A stretch of DNA of 19,717 nt from a bacterium (GTDB taxonomy: Bacteria; Verrucomicrobiota; Kiritimatiellia; RFP12; CAIWXQ01): positions 1 through 19,717 of the forward strand of contig JBAWXQ010000030.1 of the NCBI GenBank assembly GCA_037144015.1. Reading direction: 5' to 3'. Positions 14,041 to 19,717 of this stretch are shown here, in pieces. The stretch's first letter is position 1, and each line of letters opens with the position of its first letter. Both the position numbers and the translations under genes were made by a program. Below the pieces are notes generated by a model. It did not search any database and was not told where the DNA came from. It saw only the letters and a program-made list of their open reading frames with translations.

Positions 14041-14367
14041 ATGCCTACGACAAAGAAAGTGCTGCGCGGGGTGCAGAACATACGGACCATGTCGGGCCGG
14101 GTGGACGACCAGGCCCTTCCGTACAAGGCGTATATGAAGATCAGCGTGCTCGAAATGGAAAAGCACCGCCGGGGCGTCGAAAAGGCCTGCGCGCTGGAGA
14201 AGGTGCGGCAGATCGACCAACGGTTTCTGGAGATCGAGGCGGAAAAGAGGAAGGCCCTGCAGTCGCTGAAGTCGCAGGGCGCGCCCCTGCCGCAAGGTCG
14301 GCGGGCGGCGGCGCATCCGGCCGCGGCGCCAATCCGGAACACGGGCTCATTTAAGATCAGGTATTAA
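14041..14367 (+). CDS. Hypothetical small protein (108 aa) immediately after gvpN, in the GvpO/GvpV position
   Basis: MPTTKKVLRGVQNIRTMSGRVDD...EKHRRGVEKACALEKVRQIDQRFLEIEAEKRKALQSLKSQG has a charged, helical character. GGAGACGG lies upstream of the ATG at 14041. It occupies the same frame-1 ORF as the ORF-table entry 13447..14367, whose upstream part overlaps gvpN in another frame. Confidence 0.5.
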   Translation: MPTTKKVLRGVQNIRTMSGRVDDQALPYKAYMKISVLEMEKHRRGVEKACALEKVRQIDQRFLEIEAEKRKALQSLKSQGAPLPQGRRAAAHPAAAPIRNTGSFKIRY

Positions 14368-14601
14368 CGGCGTGCAGGAGGTTGTAATGCTGCTCATCAG
14401 TGACTCAAGTCATATTCGTACGAACCGTCACCGCAGGGGCCCCCGGGCCTGCCGGACGCTGACGGGGTTTTTCACAGGCCGCGGCGAGGCGCAGCGCGTC
14501 TGCCATGCGCACGTGAATCTGCTGAACCGGCGGCTCCGGTTGGCCTGGCTCAGCCGCCAGTGGGTTGGGCATCAGGAAAGAATGGCATTCAGTAAGGAAC
14601 A

Positions 14602-14808
14602 ATGGACATGAAAATCAACTGTTTATCCTGTGGTCATAACATCACGCTTGAGGATGAGACGTATAACGATTACGAGGGCGCGATCAAATGCTTTGCCTGC
14701 AGCGCGATTCTGGAGGTCAAGCTGGCGGAAGGGTGCGTCAAGTCGGTGAAAATTCATGCGACACAAACCGGCCGCGCGGCCGATGGGCCGGGCAAGCACA
14801 GGGCGTAA
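14602..14808 (+). CDS. Small zinc-ribbon protein (CxxC...CxxC), with lower GC than its neighbours
   Basis: M(D)MKINCLSCGHNITLEDETYNDYEGAIKCFACSAILEVKL contains two CxxC pairs about 19 aa apart. An AAGGAA RBS precedes ATG 14602/14608. The codon usage is conspicuously AT-richer than the surrounding genes. Confidence 0.45.
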   Translation: MDMKINCLSCGHNITLEDETYNDYEGAIKCFACSAILEVKLAEGCVKSVKIHATQTGRAADGPGKHRA

Positions 14809-14829
14809 CACGCAAGGGAGAATTCGGTT

Positions 14830-15591
14830 ATGGCTGCCAAGACAACCAGCGCGGGGAAGTATCTGTATGCCGTCGTCCAGGCGTCCGGCGACCGTGACTA
14901 TGGCGAGATCGGCATTGACGGGGCGCGGGTGTATCTCATTTCGGATGAGCACGTCGCGGCGGTGGTCAGTGATTTTACCGCCGGCAAGATCCGCCCGGAG
15001 CGACGGCACATCGCGGCGCACCAGGCCGTCCTGAAGCGAGTCCTGGCAGACGAATCGCTCCTGCCGATCAGCTTCGGCATCATCGCGGAGGGGTCCAAGG
15101 AGATCCGGCGGATTCTGACGCTCAACCGGAAGCCGTTCGTGAAGCAAATCCAGCGCGTGTTCGGCAAGGTGGAGATGGGCCTGCGCGTGTCCTGGGACGT
15201 TCCCAACATCTTCGAATACTTTGTCAACACCCATGCCGAGTTGCGGGTGGCGCGCGACCAGCTGCTGGGCGGAAACGGCTCGCCGTCCCGCGAGGACCAG
15301 GTGGAGGTCGGTCGGCTGTTCGACCGGTTGCTCCAGTACGAGCGCGAAGAGCTCACGCAGAAGGTAGAGGCGTGCTTGAAAGGCTGCTGTGTTGAGATCA
15401 AGCGGAACCCTCCGCGCAACGAAAAAGATGTGATGAACCTTGCCTGCCTTGTGACACGCCAGTCCGGCGAGAAGGATTTTGAGGCGGCCATCTGCGTGGC
15501 GGCCCAGGGGTTCGACAATAACTTTTCGTTCGATTTCAACGGTCCCTGGGCGCCGCACAATTTTGTGGATGTCGAGCTGGTCCTCGAGTGA
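14830..15591 (+). CDS. gvpF: Gas vesicle protein GvpF/GvpL family (paralog 3)
   Basis: MAAKTTSAGKYLYAVVQAS...ISFGIIAEG...FNGPWAPHNFVDVELVLE has the canonical N-terminal YLYA[VI] beta-strand and the C-terminal GPWxPxNF motif. A GGGAG RBS lies upstream. Confidence 0.8.
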   Translation: MAAKTTSAGKYLYAVVQASGDRDYGEIGIDGARVYLISDEHVAAVVSDFTAGKIRPERRHIAAHQAVLKRVLADESLLPISFGIIAEGSKEIRRILTLNRKPFVKQIQRVFGKVEMGLRVSWDVPNIFEYFVNTHAELRVARDQLLGGNGSPSREDQVEVGRLFDRLLQYEREELTQKVEACLKGCCVEIKRNPPRNEKDVMNLACLVTRQSGEKDFEAAICVAAQGFDNNFSFDFNGPWAPHNFVDVELVLE

Positions 15592-15642
15592 CAGTTCCTG
15601 GACGGGCCGGAGCGGACACCCCGGCAGCTGGCGAGGTGCACG

Positions 15643-16035
15643 GTGTTCCTGGTTGATGACATCATTCTTTCGCCGATCCGCGGCCTGATCTGGGTCTTTC
15701 GCGAGATTCACAGTGCCGCCGGCAAGGATCTTGCCGCGGAACCTGCGGCCATCACCGCCCGCCTCGGCGAACTCTACATGATGCTGGAGACCGGCCAGCT
15801 GAACGAGGCCGAGTTCGACGCCCAGGAGAAAACGCTTCTGGATCGCCTGGATTTCTTGAAGTCGGCTTCCGTCGGCGACGCGGAGGATGCCGGAGACGAC
15901 AGCGAAGAGAACGAGGCTGGCGAGGAGGATGAGCCGGACGGCGACGGCGAGGCGGAGGTTGCGGACAGACCAACGGATGGCGCGATGGATCGCGTGCGCC
16001 CCGGAGAACATTCCCAAGGACGGGCAGACTCGTGA
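15643..16035 (+). CDS. gvpG: Gas vesicle protein GvpG with an extended acidic C-terminal tail
   Basis: (GTG start) MFLVDDIILSPIRGLIWVFREI...LGELYMMLETGQLNEAEFDAQEKTLLDRLDFL matches the GvpG family pattern (compare B. megaterium GvpG: LHKLVTAPINLVVKIGEKV...LMRYE). The tail DAEDAGDDSEENEAGEEDEPDGDGEAEVAD is strongly acidic. The stop overlaps the start of the downstream ArsA-like gene. Confidence 0.7.
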   Translation: MFLVDDIILSPIRGLIWVFREIHSAAGKDLAAEPAAITARLGELYMMLETGQLNEAEFDAQEKTLLDRLDFLKSASVGDAEDAGDDSEENEAGEEDEPDGDGEAEVADRPTDGAMDRVRPGEHSQGRADS

Positions 16036-18053
16036 GGGACATGCAGAAATCATCCGGGTTCCCGCCGGCCGATAACCTGCCGCTGTTGCTTTTTGGAGGA
16101 AAGGGCGGCGTCGGCAAAACGACAGCCGCCACGGCGACGGCGCTCGACCTTGCTGTTCGGAACCCGGGGCAGTCCATTCTTCTGGTTTCCACGGATCCCG
16201 CGCACTCCCTGCGAGACAGCTTTGCCGGTGACAAGCCGCCGCCGAACCTGACGGTGCTGGAGCTGGATGCCGGCGCCTGCCTGCAGGCTTTCCAGGCGGA
16301 GAACCGGCAGCGACTCCTGGAGATCGCCTCGCGGGGAACCTTTCTGGACGGCGAGGACATCGACCGGTTTCTGGCGCTATCCCTTCCGGGCATGGATGAG
16401 CTCATGGGGTTTATGGAGATCAACCGCTGGGTCCGGGATGGCACCTATGCCCGGATTGTCGTGGATACGGCGCCCACCGGGCACGCCCTGCGGCTGATGG
16501 GGATGCAGGCGCAGATGCAGAAGTGGCTGCAGGCGCTGGACGCTCTGCTGGCCAAGCACCGGTACATGAAGAAGCTTTTCCAGGGGCACTATGAGCGCGA
16601 CGACCTCGACCGCTTCATCGAGGGCCTCGCCGACTCCGTCCAGGCGACAGGCGCGCGGCTCATGGATCACCAGCAGTGCCGCTTTGTTCCGGTGATGCTG
16701 GCCGAAGCCTTGAGCGTCGAGGAGACGCTGGACCTGATCCGGGAGCTGCGCCGGCTGGGCATCGGGACGGATCATGTGGTGGTCAATCGCCTGTATCCGG
16801 AAAGCGGCTGCGATCTGTGCCGGGCCGTGCGCGGCCAGCAGCTGCAGGAACTTGCGCGGCTGGCGGATGCGGCGCTTTTTTCCGGCAAGCAGCTTTGGGG
16901 CGTCCCCATGTATCCGCTGGAAATCAAGGGGCTGGAGGGCCTGCGCGCCTTCTGGAAGGGGCTCGCGCCGATCCCGACGTCCTGCGCGGAACGTCCGTGC
17001 GCCCGGCCACGAATCGCTCCGCGCGTCGACAACCCCGCTCCGCTGCCGCCGCCGGACACGACGCTGCTGGTCTTTGCCGGCAAGGGTGGGGTTGGCAAGA
17101 CCACCCTGGCCTGTGCCACGGCCCTGCGCCTGGCCCATGAGCACCCCGGGAAGCGAGCCCTGCTTTTCTCCGCCGATCCCGCCCACTCGCTGGCCGACTG
17201 TCTGGGGCTGCCCGTGGGCCCCGTCCCGGAGCAGGTGGTGCCGGGCCTGTGGGCCATGGAAATGGACGCCCCCGCCGGGTTTGCTGCGTTGAAAGAGCAG
17301 TACCGCAAGGAGCTGGAGCAGTTTCTCGCGCGTCTGATGCCGAACCTCGACCTGACGTTCGATCGTGAAGTGATGGAGCGGATCATGGATCTGTCGCCCC
17401 CGGGGATTGATGAGCTGATGGCCCTTGCGGCGGTGATGAACCATCTGTCTCCGGAGGGGTACGACATCCTGATCCTTGACGCGGCTCCGACCGGGCACTT
17501 GATCCGGCTGCTGGAGTTGCCGGAGATCATTGAGAACTGGCTGAAGGTGGTGTTCAGCATTTTCCTCAAGTACCGGAACATCTTCCGCCTGCCGGGAATC
17601 TCGGCGCGCCTGATCGGCCTGTCCAAGGACCTGAAGCGCCTGCGGGCAGTTCTGCGCGATCCGTCCCGCGCGGGCCTCTACAGCGTCAGCATCCTCACGG
17701 AAATGTCCTTTGCGGAGACGGGGGACCTCCTGGCTGCCTGTGAGCGTCTGGCCATTCCGGTTTCCGGCTTGTTTTTGAACCTGGCAACGCCGGATTCCGC
17801 CGACGCCCTCTGCGCATCGATTTTCGCCCGTGAGTCGCAAACCCGGGCGCGCATCGCGGCGGCGTTTCCCGGCACGCCGCAGACGCTTGTGTATCGGCAA
17901 AGCGAACCGCGGGGCACGGCAAACCTGGCGGCGCTGGGAATGCAACTCTACCTGCCGCCTGGCGACGGAGCCGGGCAGGCGCGAACGGCCGTCGGCAGCA
18001 GACGCCGGACGGAGCGAAGCCGGTCGCCAACCGGTGAGGTTTTGTATGCCTGA
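16032..18053 (+). CDS. Fused tandem ArsA/GET3-family ATPase (two deviant-Walker-A P-loop NTPase halves)
   Basis: Half 1: LLLFGGKGGVGKTTAATATA, DPAHSL, and the A-loop/switch II VVDTAPTGHALRL. Half 2: LLVFAGKGGVGKTTLACATA, DPAHSL, ILDAAPTGHLIRLL. A CDLC (CxxC) lies in the first half (PESGCDLCRAV). The protein is 673 aa. Start is GTG 16032 or ATG 16041, and the stop overlaps the ATG of the next gvpA-like gene (18046). Confidence 0.85.
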   Translation: MRDMQKSSGFPPADNLPLLLFGGKGGVGKTTAATATALDLAVRNPGQSILLVSTDPAHSLRDSFAGDKPPPNLTVLELDAGACLQAFQAENRQRLLEIASRGTFLDGEDIDRFLALSLPGMDELMGFMEINRWVRDGTYARIVVDTAPTGHALRLMGMQAQMQKWLQALDALLAKHRYMKKLFQGHYERDDLDRFIEGLADSVQATGARLMDHQQCRFVPVMLAEALSVEETLDLIRELRRLGIGTDHVVVNRLYPESGCDLCRAVRGQQLQELARLADAALFSGKQLWGVPMYPLEIKGLEGLRAFWKGLAPIPTSCAERPCARPRIAPRVDNPAPLPPPDTTLLVFAGKGGVGKTTLACATALRLAHEHPGKRALLFSADPAHSLADCLGLPVGPVPEQVVPGLWAMEMDAPAGFAALKEQYRKELEQFLARLMPNLDLTFDREVMERIMDLSPPGIDELMALAAVMNHLSPEGYDILILDAAPTGHLIRLLELPEIIENWLKVVFSIFLKYRNIFRLPGISARLIGLSKDLKRLRAVLRDPSRAGLYSVSILTEMSFAETGDLLAACERLAIPVSGLFLNLATPDSADALCASIFARESQTRARIAAAFPGTPQTLVYRQSEPRGTANLAALGMQLYLPPGDGAGQARTAVGSRRRTERSRSPTGEVLYA

Positions 18054-18237
18054 CACAGATTTGCTGGAAACAGAGCATGTGAGCCTGTGCGAGGTTCTGG
18101 ACCGGGTTCTCAACAAGGGCGCCGTGGTGATCGGCGAGGTTATGATTTCCGTCGCCGATGTCGATCTGATCTACCTGAGCTTGCAAGTGGTCATATCCTC
18201 GGTGGAAACGGCGCGAAAGTCGCAGGAAATGCCATGA
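18046..18237 (+). CDS. gvpS: Small GvpA/GvpJ/GvpS-family gas vesicle protein (63 aa)
   Basis: MPDTDLLETEHVSLCEVLDRVLNKGAVVIGEVMISVADVDLIYLSLQVVISSVETARK carries the GvpA-family core (LxxVLDRxLxKGxVxxGxxxISxxxVxL...SVETA). A GGTGAGG RBS is present. The gene is translationally coupled on both sides. Confidence 0.8.
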   Translation: MPDTDLLETEHVSLCEVLDRVLNKGAVVIGEVMISVADVDLIYLSLQVVISSVETARKSQEMP

Positions 18238-18611
18238 AGCACGAGCAAACCTGCATGGATGCAGCGCCTGTCGCCGGGCCGGCGCCGGATGTCGCGGCCA
18301 TCAGCGACTTTTCCCGCGCCATGGCCTCCGGCGCAGCTTCGCGTCAGCCCCGGCGGCTGAACCTCGATGCGGAAAAGACCCGGAACGGCCTGGCGCAACT
18401 CGTGTTGACCGTGGTCAAGCTGCTGCACGAGCTTCTGGAGAAGCAGGCGCTGCGGCGAATGGAGGCCGGAGACCTTACGGATGCCGAAATTGAGCGTCTC
18501 GGGCAGACCTTGATGCGGCAGTCCGAGGAGCTCGCCCGCATCTCGCGCGAGTTCGGCCTGACGGCGGATGATTTGAATCTGGATCTGGGACCCTTGGGAA
18601 AACTTTTATAA
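18234..18611 (+). CDS. gvpK: Gas vesicle protein GvpK
   Basis: NGLAQLVLTVVKLLHELLEKQALRRMEAGDLTDAEIERLGQTLMRQSEELARISREFGLTADDLNLDLGPLGKLL matches GvpK closely (compare B. megaterium ...GLAQLVMTVIELLRQIVERHAMRRVEGGTLTDEQIENLG...DLNIDLGPLGSLL). The ATG at 18234 overlaps the upstream stop (ATGA). Confidence 0.9.
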   Translation: MKHEQTCMDAAPVAGPAPDVAAISDFSRAMASGAASRQPRRLNLDAEKTRNGLAQLVLTVVKLLHELLEKQALRRMEAGDLTDAEIERLGQTLMRQSEELARISREFGLTADDLNLDLGPLGKLL

Positions 18612-18624
18612 CAGGAGGTGTCAT

Positions 18625-18936
18625 ATGGCAGTCACACGCAGAGTTGCAACGTCCGTTGGCGGTACAAACCTGGCGGATCTTCTGGAGCGGATTCTCGACA
18701 AGGGCATCGTGATCGCCGGCGATATCCGGATCAACCTCGTGGATGTCGAGCTGCTGACGATTCAGATCCGCCTGGTGATCTGCTCGGTGGATAAGGCAAA
18801 AGAAATGGGCATGGACTGGTGGGTAAACAACCCCGCCTTGTGTTCGCGGGGCAAAGAGCAGGTGGCGCCCGGGGCAATCGAAGAGCTCGAAGGTCGTCTG
18901 GCGCGGCTTGAGACGTCGCTGGCTGCGCAGCGATGA
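18625..18936 (+). CDS. gvpJ: Gas vesicle protein GvpJ (GvpA-family minor structural protein)
   Basis: [51 protein letters not shown] is the canonical GvpJ core plus a C-terminal extension. An AGGAGGTG RBS lies at 18613-18620. Confidence 0.85.
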   Translation: MAVTRRVATSVGGTNLADLLERILDKGIVIAGDIRINLVDVELLTIQIRLVICSVDKAKEMGMDWWVNNPALCSRGKEQVAPGAIEELEGRLARLETSLAAQR

Positions 18937-18966
18937 AAAGACCGCCCACGCCGGCCGCCAGCCGCA

Positions 18967-19413
18967 TCACCCCGCGGCCGGCAGGCGGCTTCGCACCACG
19001 TTCAGCAGGATTTCGCTGGTGACGGGCTTCTGGATGAGGCAGTGATTCTGCCCTGCGGACGCCAGCGCCTTGATGCTGGGGGACGGCGCAAAGCCCGTGC
19101 AAAAGATGACGGCAGGCATTTCCCACCCTTTTACCGCGCAGGCTTCGCGGATCCTGGCAAAGGCCGTCTGGCCATCCATGATCGGCATCTTCAGGTCCAT
19201 CAGCAGAACGCCATGATGCGACTTCTGGAACGCTTGCAACGCTTCCAGCCCGTTGGCCGCCACTTCAATGGTGCACGTAGGAAAACCGGAGGCCAGGATC
19301 ATCCGGAAAATGTCACGCACAGGCGTCTCATCATCGGTGATGAGGATTCGCCGTGCGTCACACGGAATCAGTTCTGCTGCGGGTTGGCTCGTCATGTTCG
19401 TCGGGTATCCCAT
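18967..19413 (-). CDS. gvrC: Single-domain response regulator (CheY-like receiver only), GvrC-like, convergent with the gvp structural operon
   Basis: RILITDDETPVRDIFRMIL...HGVLLMDLKMPIMDGQTAFARIRE...MPAVIFCTGF...IQKP has the REC-domain acidic pocket, a phospho-acceptor Asp in LMDLKMP and a conserved Lys. No output domain is present. The symbol is by analogy to Serratia gvrC. Confidence 0.7.
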   Translation of the reverse strand: MGYPTNMTSQPAAELIPCDARRILITDDETPVRDIFRMILASGFPTCTIEVAANGLEALQAFQKSHHGVLLMDLKMPIMDGQTAFARIREACAVKGWEMPAVIFCTGFAPSPSIKALASAGQNHCLIQKPVTSEILLNVVRSRLPAAG

Positions 19414-19495
19414 CGTGCTGTGGCATCCGGGGCTGACCCGATCTCCACATACCCCGATTATCGCTCGCGGGACGGTTGTCTGTAAAGACCAATGG

Positions 19496-19594
19496 GCTAG
19501 GTAGAATACCCTAGCAGCTTGTCGGACTTAGCCTCAGCTCTTCACAAACTTTGTGCCGACAAAGCTGCTAGTTTTGGCCTGTGGCCTTTTTTCG
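19496..19594 (+). promoter_or_regulatory. AT-richer non-coding segment with nested inverted repeats and a short hairpin plus T-tract
   Basis: gctagg-tagaatac-cctagc (19496-19515). ctagcagcttgtcggac (19511-19527) is paired with gtgccgacaaagctgctag (19553-19571), with a 9-bp perfect core ctagcagct/agctgctag. ggcc-tgt-ggcc followed by TTTTTT lies at 19576-19592. The segment is upstream of the minus-strand regulator gene. Confidence 0.5.
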
Positions 19595-19621
19595 CGCCCG
19601 CACACAGACAGTCCTGGCGTT

Positions 19622-19669
19622 TTTTGATCAAAAGCACTATTACCGCAAAATCCAACCGGATTTTTGCGG
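19622..19669. repeat. Perfect 12-bp palindrome TTTTGATCAAAA (containing GATC), and a near-perfect inverted repeat CCGCAAAATCC-aacc-GGATTTTTGCGG
   Basis: The palindrome reads at 19622-19633. Inverted-repeat arms are at 19643-19653 and 19658-19669, with one extra T in the right arm. Confidence 0.7.
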
Positions 19670-19717
19670 CAAATTGAAAAAGCGACGTATGAAGATGTCG
19701 CGTCGCGTTATATCTGC

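Noticed and set aside
14520-14560. TTGGCCTGGCTCAGCCGC as a possible sigma54 site in the 234-bp gap
   Set aside because: The GG/GC spacing is 10-11 nt rather than 12. It does not fit the consensus.
14623-16053. 476-aa minus-strand ORF
   Set aside because: It is antisense to GvpF/L paralog 3 and GvpG, both recognisable on the + strand. It is a shadow ORF.
16377-18116. 579-aa minus-strand ORF
   Set aside because: It is antisense to the ArsA/GET3-like gene, which has two GGKGGVGKTT P-loops. It is a shadow ORF.
18936-18967. Searched for a bidirectional terminator between the convergent gvpJ and receiver genes
   Set aside because: There is only a short GC-rich stretch (gccggccgcc) with no convincing stem-loop or U-tract, so no terminator was called.

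Overview
This high-GC window (about 65% GC, bacterial) is dominated by a large gas-vesicle (gvp) gene island, roughly 3.4 to 19.4 kb, almost all on the + strand. It shows a gvp gene order that I recall from Serratia sp. ATCC 39006 but could not verify.

Regulatory operon: a near-consensus sigma70 promoter (TTGACA-18-TAGAAT) with an upstream perfect palindrome drives a hypothetical gene, then an NtrC-family sigma54 activator (GvrA-like), a GvpH-like Hsp20, a CDC48/p97-like double AAA+ ATPase, two GvpF/L paralogs, and a PAS sensor histidine kinase (GvrB-like).

Structural operon: a hairpin plus T-tract and a sigma54-like -24/-12 element precede gvpA, which is followed by a GC-rich hairpin. Downstream come a coiled-coil/Pro-Lys-rich protein in the gvpC position, a DnaJ-type zinc-finger protein with six CxxCxGxG motifs, gvpN, two small proteins (one a lower-GC zinc ribbon), a third GvpF/L, gvpG with an acidic tail, and a fused tandem ArsA/GET3-like ATPase. 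This is translationally coupled to a small GvpA/J/S-family protein, then gvpK and gvpJ. A convergent single-domain response regulator (GvrC-like) on the - strand closes the island, followed by an AT-richer, palindrome-dense non-coding stretch.

Upstream of the island sit a NYN (PIN-like) + OST-HTH/LOTUS protein on the - strand with a CTTCTGC microsatellite at its 3' end, a divergent unassigned enzyme-like ORF, and a membrane-anchored orphan receiver protein.

The most notable signal is the ATPase/chaperone complement inside the gvp island: the CDC48-like ATPase, the tandem ArsA/GET3-like ATPase, and the DnaJ-like Zn-finger protein, alongside the canonical GvpN and Hsp20. Together these suggest an uncharacterised assembly or insertion machinery for the very hydrophobic GvpA shell protein. 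No rRNA, tRNA, CRISPR or transposase was recognised. All identifications rest on reading motifs in the supplied translations; no database search was possible.
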